A stretch of 55,392 bases of DNA, filler included, from Barthelona sp. PAP020 (lineage: Eukaryota), in assembly GCA_040182905.1 (NCBI GenBank). It is 2 parts of 2 records of this genome, joined end to end, with 100 filler letters (N's around TTAATTAATTAA, not from the genome) between each part and the next. Parts side by side here need not be neighbours in the genome. Positions count along the whole stretch, not along the records: positions 1 to 27,745 come from JARQWU010000129.1; 1 more part is not named here. One strand, written 5' to 3'. Below, piece after piece: positions 1 to 10,187 of the stretch (position 1 is the first letter of the stretch; the number at the start of each line of letters is the position of its first letter). The position numbers were made by a program, and so were the translations under genes. The notes under the pieces are model-generated. The model did no database searches. It was not told where the DNA came from and saw nothing but the letters and a program-made list of their open reading frames with translations.

Positions 1-1486
1 CGCTGAAACAATGAGAAGTGCTTTTTTGGAATTCTCTGGTTTAGCCACAGATTTAGCAGTATGTAGCTTTGAGGATCTGATGGCTTTATGCGTGGTGTAA
101 ATTGTTTTTGTGTCACTAATTTCTTTTTCATCTGCAGAAGGTGATTTCCAAAGTTTTACCTTCTCATTCTGTAAAGCGTCACAATTCTTTCATTTGGTAA
201 TGCATTATCTCAGGTGCATTTATGTAGGACTTGAACAAGAGTAGCCTTTCTTTTGTTGTGTTTGAAAGAATACTTTGATGTTTGTTTTAAAAAGAAGATC
301 AAGATAACTCACGATGTTTTTAAATTTTTCAAGATTTATTGTGGTTACTCTAGAAGGGCAACAGTTTTTAAACAGTCTGCCTCTTTTGACTGCACTTTCG
401 TGGTATTCCTTGTCTTTATCGTAATCCCTTTTTTCAAAGGTGATGCATCCGTTGCTACTATTGCTTTGATCCCTCTTGGTGTAAGATCTCTTCTGATTTT
501 TTCTTGTAACAAAATACTTATCGATTCCTCTTGTGAAATTGGGAGTTCGATGTTCAAGTGTCCATAACTTGCACAGAACACTTCTATAAAGTATATGCTT
601 AGCAACTTAATTTCATGTTTTATCAGGTTTGTTACTTGCAATGCACTCTTTCGATATCTTTGAAACACTATTTCTACTGTTTGCAGCTTTCCTGTGGGAT
701 CTGTTTTCTTTTCTTTTCTCTTCTAAAAAAAGATGGAACACATTCTAAAGTTTAGACCTTGAGGTACGCTGTCCCAGGGTTCAAAATCTAAAACGCAGAC
801 AATTTCTTGCTTGATGATCGGTAACAAAGTCTCCACTTCACATGGTTTCACATACCGCAGTTGTCTTCAGGAAGTTGCCCACCCACAAGGAGATTGTCAG
901 GATCGAGATTGAGGAATCCACGGTCAGCATTCTTCTTTTGGTCTCCTAATAATAAATTCCAGTGAAGAGCTGAACCCACTCTTTATAAGGGTAAATATTA
1001 TTATTAGACAACCCTTGTTTCTTTTCATTGCTGATACCACTTGGTAATACAATATCCCTTTAACAAGGCCCATAAGCTCTTGCAAAAAGGTTGTGAGCTG
1101 ACAACCTTCATATTTTAATGAATTCACTCTCTGTGATTTTGTGTTTTTCACAAATGTCATTTTGATGAATTTCCTCAAATGTTCTTTGTTGACCTATTTT
1201 ATTCACTTGTATCCTTCATCTTACAATTCTTACAATTTCATGTTATTGCTTGAGTTTTTCAATTTTGATACATTAATACTAAAAAGTAAAGAAAAAACCT
1301 TAAACACATTTATATTGTCTTTTGTTCATTTAGGATGAATTCCTACAACAGCCCATGAAATAAAAGAGTTAAGACTGAGCGGTTCCTGAAAGGAATGATG
1401 GACTCCCCGTCTTTTGAGACTCACCTGAGGCGCCAATTCTCAAGTTCAAAAAGTTATGGAAACCGTTTCACACAAAGGAAAAATAA
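1..1486 (-). mobile_element. Decayed dispersed repeat, copy A (possible RT/RNase H retroelement relic), truncated by the window start
   Basis: Reverse complement of 1-305 closely matches 27410-27716; ~930-1067 matches ~26846-27000; 1341-1486 matches 8323-8493 and in part 26738-26840. Broken reading frames contain WDSVPQGL, VEIVFQRYRKSALQV...IKLLSIYF and IVATDAS. Repeat status is clear; the retroelement identity is tentative. Confidence 0.65.
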
Positions 1487-1524
1487 AAGAGACAACGTTA
1501 AAATCAAAGCAAATATACCATTTT

Positions 1525-3261
1525 TTACAGACACATGCTAACTTTTTCAGATTCAGTCAAAAGATAACCATCAATTGCTTCTTTTGTAATAATTACCTTT
1601 AAACAATATCTTTTGGTATATCTGTCGGTTTCTTTCAAAAGTTCGGGGCGATTATCTGGAATCAGATGCTCATTACCAAGTTCTTCATTTGCATCATGAA
1701 TTAAATGATTAAAATGACAGTATATTAAATGTTTTTTCATTGTCAATGGTTCTGTTGTGCAAAAAGGAGATAATTTTTGATGATTATCAGACAAATCTTT
1801 CATGAGTTGTGTTTTATCTCCTTTAAATTTTTTAATCTCTTCAGCAATACGTTTATCGTTGTGTTCATTATCACAATCAGGATGAAAACATAAATATAAA
1901 GGAAAAGGCCTTGGACTTTTGTTGTTACGAAACGCTTTAAATTGCTCAGAAGCATTTGCAAAACAAAACAATCGAATAACAGCAAAATTCACTAATTTTA
2001 TTGATGACACCAAAACATTAAAGGTTTTTGGAACAATTGAAATGTTGAAAAACTGTGATTCTGCCAGTTTCCTTAAACCAGTAATATATGAATTATAAAT
2101 ATTAAAATTTGGAAGTTCTTTGAAGGAATTTAAACATGTGTAATCTTTGAATATTTTATGCCCCAATAAAATTGGAAATTTAACTTCCCCCCATACACTA
2201 TCAGGTTCAAACAAAGAAGAATCAATAATTCCATGATTCCAAATAAAGTGACTTAAAAAAATGTTACCATCATAATTAAAAGTTTTTCCACAACATTTAC
2301 AAAAAATTTTCAATTCATTTTTCAATGCATTGAAATCCTGTTCATTCAAATGAAAAAAATTTAGCTTGTGGAGGGTCATTTCTGTATTGATCAAAGTTTG
2401 ATCCAAAACATGACAAGTTATCTTTTCACGCAAATGCTTGTTAAATTCAATGGCATAATCTGGAATATTCAAATTAAAACCAATTGGTTTTCCACAAATG
2501 ATGCGTTGAGCCAATTTACAATCCTTAAAAATACAAAATCCATCACGTTCCAATTCAAAATAACTAAAGCCAAGCAAAGTAACCACATTTGCTAACACTA
2601 ATCCAACAGTAGCTATTCCCAAAATTTCATAAGACTTTTTCGAAAAACTGCTCAAAGGTAAATATCTTTCCAAAGTTTTATCATTCTCATAATGTACAAC
2701 CATCGGATAATAAGGTGTTTGTATGTTTAAAATATCCAAAAAATTGGTCTTTAAACCATTCAATTTTGGAGAAACATTCAAACAATATTTTTGCGCTAAA
2801 TCATTCACAGTAATGAAATTTTTTAATGAAATATTCATCACATCGAAATATTCTTGTTCAATTGGACTTCTCGTACAAATAGTATATCTTTTTGCAAAAT
2901 ATTTCAAAAATTGGTAAGAATTGATATCTGTATATGTAAAAATATAACAAGAATTCGTCGTAGACAAAGTGCAATAAAATATATCAAATTTATCGTCATC
3001 ATCACAAACCCTGGATTCTGGTGTTAATCCAATATCTAAACCAATGATATTTGAACTTATGTTTGGGTTCATATCCCGTTCAATTTCTCTGATTAAGTCT
3101 TCTGTCATTGAAACAGTATTTGGAATCACAAATACTAAAAAATTATTGTGAAACTGTGTTATATCATTAACAATTAACGGAAATCGATATTTTCCATCCA
3201 AATTATAGGCATATTCATTCATATCAAAAGAAAAGATAAAATAAACCAACACACCGGACAT
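1525..3261 (-). CDS. Hypothetical protein (578 aa) with possible C2H2-like zinc ligands
   Basis: Long ORF; CKCCGKTF...FLSHFIWNH and YLCFHPDC...MKKHLIYCH patterns; no family recognised. Confidence 0.8.
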   Translation of the reverse strand: MSGVLVYFIFSFDMNEYAYNLDGKYRFPLIVNDITQFHNNFLVFVIPNTVSMTEDLIREIERDMNPNISSNIIGLDIGLTPESRVCDDDDKFDIFYCTLSTTNSCYIFTYTDINSYQFLKYFAKRYTICTRSPIEQEYFDVMNISLKNFITVNDLAQKYCLNVSPKLNGLKTNFLDILNIQTPYYPMVVHYENDKTLERYLPLSSFSKKSYEILGIATVGLVLANVVTLLGFSYFELERDGFCIFKDCKLAQRIICGKPIGFNLNIPDYAIEFNKHLREKITCHVLDQTLINTEMTLHKLNFFHLNEQDFNALKNELKIFCKCCGKTFNYDGNIFLSHFIWNHGIIDSSLFEPDSVWGEVKFPILLGHKIFKDYTCLNSFKELPNFNIYNSYITGLRKLAESQFFNISIVPKTFNVLVSSIKLVNFAVIRLFCFANASEQFKAFRNNKSPRPFPLYLCFHPDCDNEHNDKRIAEEIKKFKGDKTQLMKDLSDNHQKLSPFCTTEPLTMKKHLIYCHFNHLIHDANEELGNEHLIPDNRPELLKETDRYTKRYCLKVIITKEAIDGYLLTESEKVSMCL

Positions 3262-3497
3262 AATTTGGTCTTATGATTAGTAAACAGATTTTTTCAGGTT
3301 GTTTATTTTAAATATAAGGATTGAAAGAAGATAAGAAAGATCTAAATATTCTTTTTTTATTCCATTATATTTATCCAGTGATGTTGATTTAAATCATAAT
3401 AATGACGATAAAAAGAAAGAGTTAAACAATTTAGACATATTTTTTTTAAAGGCAACAAATGAATAATAGAATTGTTTTTTTTTTTTATGAATTCGAA

Positions 3498-5042
3498 ATG
3501 ATTTCATTTCCATTGTTCCAAATTGAAGATCCTCCTGAAATTGAAATTCCATGTTTTCCAGAAATAATTCAACAACCATCAAGACCAATTATAATTGGAA
3601 ATAAATCATATCCTGTTAAAATTACGAAAAATAACAAGGTTAAAGTTGAAGAAAATAGTTTGAAAGTTGAAATAAAACCAAAAAAACTTAAGCCAACAAA
3701 GAAAGTAAGTTTTTCTGAAGAAACACCAAAAAGAAGCAAAAAGAAATCAAATTTTGCTGTAACAACTCAAACAACAATGACAGTTGTGCAGAATGAAATG
3801 TCTGAAACAACTTTAAAAGATTCTTCTTCTCAAGAAACTCTTGAAAGACTTCCTTTAAAAACTGTGGACTCAAAAGAACAAGTTGTTCGCACTAAAAAAA
3901 AACAAAAAACAAGAAATGAATTAACTGGAGCCACAAATTTAATGCAAATGTTTGCTTCTCATTTAAATGTTGATTGCTATGCATTACAGTGTACAGTTCG
4001 AGAAATTCAGACTAGAAAATATTCTACTTTGTCTTGGAATGAAACCTTGAGTCTTCAAAGCCAAAAAGTTGAACCAGTTGCAATCTCATCACCAAAGTTT
4101 TCGTTTCAACCCAAAAATTCACCTCAAACATTTGACATTTCAGTTCAGGCACATGATGAACTCAAGAAAAGCCCTCACACATATGATGCTTCTGAAAACA
4201 AAAGTTATGAACCAACACCTGAAAAAGAAATAAAACCTTCAGCACATTCGTTTGATATTTCAGTACAAGCCTCTGATGAACTGAAAAAATATTTGCACAC
4301 ATATGATGCTTCTGTTAACAAGAATTTAGATTCGACACCTGAAAAAGATAAAATGAGCACTAATATGAAAAGCAATACCTTTGATATTTCGATACAAGCG
4401 ACTGAAGATGATTCAAAGAAACTACGTCATGTATTTGATGAGTCAATAAATAAAGACTTTGAATTTCCTTCAATTGATGTACCAAATCAACAGGCTCCTG
4501 CAAATATGAACCAACCTTCTGGTTTATTTAAAAATGGTCATCGTTTAACTCATGATGCAATTCAGCAAACTGATAAATCTTTTCTACCACTCGAAAAGGC
4601 TTCTGTTCTTCAATTTGAAGCAGCTACACTTAAAAACCTTGATAGTACACCTCCGTATTCAATTCCAGAAAGAAATAAACCTTCTCCAACCTATGGTAAA
4701 CCAAGTGATAATTATTTTAAAGTTGTTGAAATAATAGAAAGTTTAGAAAGTTCAGAAAATTTGGAAAGCTCGTCAGAATTGGATGTGTCTGAGGAATCAG
4801 AAGACATATCGTTGAATAGCTTGACAGAATCTGGACGACTTTTTGACTCTGTCGCATCATCTCATGATTTAAAAGAAAGTTCTGGTGAAATTAGTCATTT
4901 AAGCATTGATGATTCTTCAGACTCTTCAGACCTGTATTTATTTGATGATTCCAACGGAATTTCTTCACTTTCATCAAACATCGAAAGCAATTCAATTGTT
5001 CCTCTAAATGATGAAGATGATTCCATATCCTTTTCATTTTAG
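3498..5042 (+). CDS. Hypothetical low-complexity protein with internal ~39 aa repeats and a Ser/acidic tail
   Basis: Long ORF (track start 3459; ATG at 3498 after the T-rich leader preferred). Three repeats of FDISVQA.DELKK..H.YDAS.NK. Confidence 0.8.
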   Translation: MISFPLFQIEDPPEIEIPCFPEIIQQPSRPIIIGNKSYPVKITKNNKVKVEENSLKVEIKPKKLKPTKKVSFSEETPKRSKKKSNFAVTTQTTMTVVQNEMSETTLKDSSSQETLERLPLKTVDSKEQVVRTKKKQKTRNELTGATNLMQMFASHLNVDCYALQCTVREIQTRKYSTLSWNETLSLQSQKVEPVAISSPKFSFQPKNSPQTFDISVQAHDELKKSPHTYDASENKSYEPTPEKEIKPSAHSFDISVQASDELKKYLHTYDASVNKNLDSTPEKDKMSTNMKSNTFDISIQATEDDSKKLRHVFDESINKDFEFPSIDVPNQQAPANMNQPSGLFKNGHRLTHDAIQQTDKSFLPLEKASVLQFEAATLKNLDSTPPYSIPERNKPSPTYGKPSDNYFKVVEIIESLESSENLESSSELDVSEESEDISLNSLTESGRLFDSVASSHDLKESSGEISHLSIDDSSDSSDLYLFDDSNGISSLSSNIESNSIVPLNDEDDSISFSF

Positions 5043-5227
5043 TGTAAATATTTGTAAAACGGGTTTTTTTTTTCAAGGGAAATTTTGACATATTTGACAA
5101 ATGAATCATCTTTAAATGTTAAGAAGGGAAATTTGAAAAAACTACAAGCCAATAAAGACTAATTTAACAAAAGACAAATTGACTAAACCAAACGCCTTCA
5201 ATATTTTATTTTTATTATTTGGTGATA

Positions 5228-8134
5228 ATGGTTGAAAATTCATCAAGAATTAAAGTTTATTGTAGATTAAGACCATTACAAGAAAAGGAACGATTACATA
5301 ACAATTTCATCATTGAAAATGATGAAAAAACTGTTTCCATATCTGAAAAGAACAAAGCACAAACACAATGTTTTCAATTTGATCACATCTTTCAAGAAAA
5401 AGCTAATCAATCGGAAATATTTGATGAAATGGTATTGCCAATTGTTGATCAAATTTTGAATGGAATTCATTGTAGTATTTTAGCATATGGAAAAACTAGT
5501 TCTGGTAAAACTCACAGTGTTTTTGGTCCTCAATCTTCTAATGCCGATGATTTGGGAATTGTTCCACGTATTATGCATTCGTTATTTCAACACATATCTC
5601 AATCACCAGAAGATGATGAATTTACAATCAAAATGAGCTTTTTAGAGATTTATATGGAAAAAATTACTGATTTGTTAAGTGCACAAGCAAATTCATCTGA
5701 TAATAATCTTCAGCAAAAGATTAAAATCATCGAACATGGGAAAGTATTTGGAGCAAAGACAATAGCTGTGTCAGACTTGAATGATGTGTATTGTGTCTTG
5801 AGGAAAGGGATAAATTCTCGTACTGTTGGGGAAACATCACAAAATTTAAGAAGTTCACGATCTCATGCTGCAATAATTTGTTATGTGACACGTAGATGCA
5901 GTACTTCTAACGAAACGTATTCATCACGTTTAAGTGTGTTAGATCTTGCTGGAAGTGAAAGATTAACAATGAACGAATTAAACAAGATGGGTGTCACCAG
6001 ACAAGAGAGCTTGGCAATAAATGCTTCTTTATCTTCACTTTCTCGTGTGTTGACTTCTTTAGTTTCTAGTGGATCAAGTGAAAGATTGACACATATTCCA
6101 TACCGAGACTCGCAGTTAACCAGACTTTTAGAAAATTCTATTGGGGGAAATTCATTGACCTCTATATTGTTGTGTGGATCACGCAGTGCACAGAGTCTTG
6201 CTGAAACAATTAGTACGTTTAGATTTGGTAGTAACGCTTTAAAAGTTAAGAATGTTATTATTAGGAATAAACAACTGTCTGTAGATGAGTTATTACAAAA
6301 AATTGCTCATTTGGAGAAGCTTGTTCAAGGAAAAAAGTGTTTTGATGACAAATTAATGATCAATAATAATATATCGTTGGAAGAAAAAGTTTCTGTTTTA
6401 GAAGATGAAAATTGTTTATTGAAGGAAGAGAATATGATGTTAAAACAAGAATATGGGCAAAAAATTGATGTACTTGATACGAATAATGAACAATTACGAA
6501 AACGATTGAACGACCTACAAAAGATGGATTTTAACAAGCTCAAAATTGAAAGAGATACAGCATTTGACACCATATCTGATCTTAAAAATAGTCTTTATTT
6601 AACTCGAAATGAGTTAGGAGCATTGTCTGATCATGTTGAACTATTATCTGAAGAAAATGAGTTGTTAAGGATTTCTTTGGAAGAATTGGGTGAAGCGAAA
6701 AAATTTATGAATGTTCCATCTATGGAAGAAGACCAAAATGAAATTAATGATAAATTATTGGAGAAGACATGTGATATAGAAGAGAACACAACAATAGCGG
6801 AGAATAATGTTAATGAAAAAACAAATTCATCTCAGATTGATGATGGTGATAGTGAATATGTTGATGTTAGAGATGTAATGACGCAAGCCAACTTTATCAC
6901 TCAAAATTTGATTGATAAAGAAATTGAAGCTTGTCCCACATTAAAAGAAATTCAAATTCACACTGAGACAGATTTTGAAGATATGAATAAAGAAACAGAT
7001 GACTTTTCAGTCAATACTAATAATAATGATAGTAAGAATCATATCATCAATGCTAGCATCAGTTTAGATAGTGCTAGATTGACTTTGGTGGAATCAGCTT
7101 TAACTGAAACACAAAATCGTTGTGGTAGATTAAAGGGTTTCTTGGATGAATCTAATTTACAAATCAATAAATTAAAAAGTCAAATGTCAAAAAAAGAGTT
7201 GGAATTAGAGAAATGTAGGGCCAATGCTGCTCATCGTGAAAGTGTATTAACGAAAGAATTATTAAACACCAGAAATGAACTAATTAAATGGCAAGAAAAT
7301 ATGAGCATTTCCAATTTGAATCTTACACAAGAACAATTCAAACAATTATTGGAAAAAAATGCTACTTTAACAGATGCAGTCTTAAAAGAACAATTACATA
7401 ATAAAACAATAACTCAACAAGTTAATTTGTTAAAGAATGAGTTAAAAGAGATGACTAATCAAAAGAACAACTTTAAATTACAATTGAATCAGCAATGTGA
7501 AGCAAATAAAATGCAATCTCATCGGTTAAAAGCTGAAATTGATGCATTAAGAAAACAACAATCGGATTTATTTTCTGCAAAAATGGCACCTATTTTACGT
7601 GGTGGGGGTTCATATTCCCCCACAAACCTTCCTCCATTATTGATGTCGACAGATGTCTATTCTCCTGGTCCTTTCTTTAAAAGAGCCAATAAGACAAATA
7701 CTTTATCTTCAAATGTTAAACTGAATCCATTGTTTACAACTCCAAATAAAATTGCGACTCCTGGCATAATTCCTACAACACCTCCATTAACAAACGACTA
7801 TTTAAGTGGTTCAGATTCGGAATTTGTCACTCCTTTGACAGAACTTCCAAAAATAACCAAAAGAACAGAGATGAACAATTCAACCTTGATAAAATCTCCA
7901 ATTGGATCCCCTTGGATCGGAAAATTAATGAAAACTGAAAAAGTGATTGAATCAGCAGAACCTCCACAATCTAAATTGTCAAATAGAAACAATAAATTCA
8001 AAAATTTGAAGGAAAAGTCAAAATCAAAATATTTGACTTATGATTGTATGGGAATCAATTCTCCATTCAAAATTTTTGTGGGAAAAAATTTTGAAAATGA
8101 AAAAAAATTGTCAATTGAAGAAACAGATGGATAA
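5228..8134 (+). CDS. Kinesin heavy chain-like (kinesin-1 type) motor
   Basis: N-terminal motor with IKVYCRLRP, P-loop AYGKTSSGKT, switch I NLRSSRSH, switch II DLAGSE and HIPYRDSQLTRLL; coiled-coil stalk; tail AKMAPILRGGG resembling the kinesin-1 IAK motif. First ATG is 5228 (track start 5219 is TTG). Confidence 0.93.
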   Translation: MVENSSRIKVYCRLRPLQEKERLHNNFIIENDEKTVSISEKNKAQTQCFQFDHIFQEKANQSEIFDEMVLPIVDQILNGIHCSILAYGKTSSGKTHSVFGPQSSNADDLGIVPRIMHSLFQHISQSPEDDEFTIKMSFLEIYMEKITDLLSAQANSSDNNLQQKIKIIEHGKVFGAKTIAVSDLNDVYCVLRKGINSRTVGETSQNLRSSRSHAAIICYVTRRCSTSNETYSSRLSVLDLAGSERLTMNELNKMGVTRQESLAINASLSSLSRVLTSLVSSGSSERLTHIPYRDSQLTRLLENSIGGNSLTSILLCGSRSAQSLAETISTFRFGSNALKVKNVIIRNKQLSVDELLQKIAHLEKLVQGKKCFDDKLMINNNISLEEKVSVLEDENCLLKEENMMLKQEYGQKIDVLDTNNEQLRKRLNDLQKMDFNKLKIERDTAFDTISDLKNSLYLTRNELGALSDHVELLSEENELLRISLEELGEAKKFMNVPSMEEDQNEINDKLLEKTCDIEENTTIAENNVNEKTNSSQIDDGDSEYVDVRDVMTQANFITQNLIDKEIEACPTLKEIQIHTETDFEDMNKETDDFSVNTNNNDSKNHIINASISLDSARLTLVESALTETQNRCGRLKGFLDESNLQINKLKSQMSKKELELEKCRANAAHRESVLTKELLNTRNELIKWQENMSISNLNLTQEQFKQLLEKNATLTDAVLKEQLHNKTITQQVNLLKNELKEMTNQKNNFKLQLNQQCEANKMQSHRLKAEIDALRKQQSDLFSAKMAPILRGGGSYSPTNLPPLLMSTDVYSPGPFFKRANKTNTLSSNVKLNPLFTTPNKIATPGIIPTTPPLTNDYLSGSDSEFVTPLTELPKITKRTEMNNSTLIKSPIGSPWIGKLMKTEKVIESAEPPQSKLSNRNNKFKNLKEKSKSKYLTYDCMGINSPFKIFVGKNFENEKKLSIEETDG

Positions 8135-8322
8135 AATTACAAAGCTTGAACCAAATTAATTACTTGATGTGACGTATCAATTGAGAATCCTTTATCATAA
8201 TTGATGAGTACAAAGAATATTTTGCGCTTCTTTTCATATTGTTGTTTCCCACTCATCTTCAATTTATTAAAGATTCTTTATGCATGGTTGTTTAAATAAA
8301 ATGGACAATTTATAAACAATAT

Positions 8323-8493
8323 TTATTTTTCTTCTTGTGCGAACCTTTTCCACAACTTATCCAAATCAGAGACTGGGAATCTCAGTTGACCAATAAATAA
8401 TAAACCTTAATCTTCATTCTTTTCAGGGGGTCCAGCGTTGCTGAAAGGAACCTCTCTTTTTTGAGACCGACTCTTTCATAGGCTTTCGTAGGA
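8323..8493 (+). repeat. Dispersed repeat copy C (terminal fragment only)
   Basis: ttatttttcttcttgtgcgaaccttttccacaactt...gagactgggaatctcagttgaccaataaataataaacctt matches 26738-26840 and the reverse complement of 1341-1486. Confidence 0.85.
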
Positions 8494-8864
8494 GAGCTAC
8501 GCACTATGCAGGGTGTGAAATATTGCATTACTAATTGCTCAAAAGAGCTTAACGCTCCGATATTTTTTAAAATTTATCCTAATTGTGCAAGTTTTCATGT
8601 ATTCACCGTGGCAGGTCAAAAATTTGGGGGGGGGTAGGTTAAGGAAAAGTTCCGTACCTCGAGGGAAAAAGGAAGAATCGGAAAATTTCGATTCGCCAAA
8701 ATTAGTCCGCTTGTGAACAACCCTCATTTTTTTTTTGTGGAAATTGCTTCAGTGACAGATTCACCTGTTTTAGTCTCTTATATTAATAAAATATGTTTCA
8801 AAATTGGAATTAAAACAAATATTGTTCCTCTTTACTCTTTTACAAACAAAAAACAATCTTTTTG

Positions 8865-10049
8865 TCAATAATCATCTTCATTTTCTTCTTCATCATCATT
8901 TTCATCTGTTTGTGTATCCATAAATTGATGCATATTACCACCATTATCTTCATTGAGGTCAACCAAATCCCAACATGTCTCGGCAACCCTATTGTATTCA
9001 CCTTCATTCAGGTGAATTCCTGCCGCTATCAATTGTCGAATACTATTAGTATCAATGTTTACACCAATGAGAGACGATAACACTTCAATTCCACTCTTGG
9101 ATAATTCAATAAGGGGGAGAATGGAAAGCTCATCGGTTGGGATGAATGAATACAAAATTAAATTTTGATTACTGTCAGATACAAATGCCAATTGCATTGT
9201 GGTGGGAGATACAGAAAAGAAAAACTCAGAAGTACAACACTGAAATTTTTGTATCTCTTCAAAGGTGTTCACGTTAAATAAGGTAAGGCAACCATCCTCT
9301 GAAACAACAACCAGCATATTAGATGTCAGGAAACATAGAGAATCCACAATCTCACCGATTTTAAAAGTGTGAACAATTGAAGCGTCATTTATACTCCAAA
9401 GAATCACCTGGTAGTTTGAGTCACTAAGAGCAATAATTTCTTTGGTAGGATGAAATTGAACATCATAAATGTCTGCATCATGTTCAAATCTGCGAATAAC
9501 GGTAAAATTATCAGGGTCAATTACGTCAGCAGCATGTTCACCACTTATGGCTAAAAGATATTTGCCATCTGAAGAAGAGTTTAGTTTCCAAATAAATGAG
9601 TCTATATCAACTTTAGACTCCAAAACAACAGTGCCACTATTAATATCCCACTTCTTGAGGATTCCAAGCTCATCACATGAATATATAAAACAGGAATAAT
9701 GAGAAAAACAGATATAATAGACAAAGACGTCATTTGTAATTGTCTTTAATGTGGAGAAATCTGAGAGACTATATATAATCACAGACATATCCCAGGCAGT
9801 TGTCGCCAACATTTGACCATCTGGTGAAAAATCAACATCAGTGATAGGATTCTTATGACCACTTAAAGAAGTATGCAATTTTCCTGTTTCAACATCAATA
9901 ATATCTGCTTTTGTCCCATTACCAATTATCAAATACATACCGTTTGGAAAATACCAACATCCTTCAATATTATTGCGAAACACCATTTCCTTCCTGCTAT
10001 TTTCGTCGATTTTAAAGGAAATTAAATCAATAATATTATTGTTATTCAT
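8865..10049 (-). CDS. WD40 repeat protein, expanded-family paralogue 1
   Basis: GHKNPITDVDFSPDG, LKKWDINSG and VILWSIND repeats; C-terminal IRQLIAAG...TCWDLVDLNEDNGGNMHQF plus acidic tail shared with 14610-15812 and 42347-43600. Confidence 0.92.
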   Translation of the reverse strand: MNNNNIIDLISFKIDENSRKEMVFRNNIEGCWYFPNGMYLIIGNGTKADIIDVETGKLHTSLSGHKNPITDVDFSPDGQMLATTAWDMSVIIYSLSDFSTLKTITNDVFVYYICFSHYSCFIYSCDELGILKKWDINSGTVVLESKVDIDSFIWKLNSSSDGKYLLAISGEHAADVIDPDNFTVIRRFEHDADIYDVQFHPTKEIIALSDSNYQVILWSINDASIVHTFKIGEIVDSLCFLTSNMLVVVSEDGCLTLFNVNTFEEIQKFQCCTSEFFFSVSPTTMQLAFVSDSNQNLILYSFIPTDELSILPLIELSKSGIEVLSSLIGVNIDTNSIRQLIAAGIHLNEGEYNRVAETCWDLVDLNEDNGGNMHQFMDTQTDENDDEEENEDDY

Positions 10050-10187
10050 TTTGTAAAGAAGTGGATTGGAAAATTCAAAAATAAAATTTAATGAAGTACA
10101 AAAAGAGATGGCAAAAGAGATTTATTCCTTTACTTCACGCAATAATGACAGATAAAAAAAAAACAATTTTGATGTACAATAACCAAT

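Noticed and set aside
1417..1435. TGGCGCCTCAGGTGAG on the minus strand resembling a tRNA primer-binding site
   Set aside because: Homologous positions in copies B and C read TGGGAA(C/T)CTCA and fit a decayed coding frame (RDWEPQL); no LTR ending in CA precedes it.
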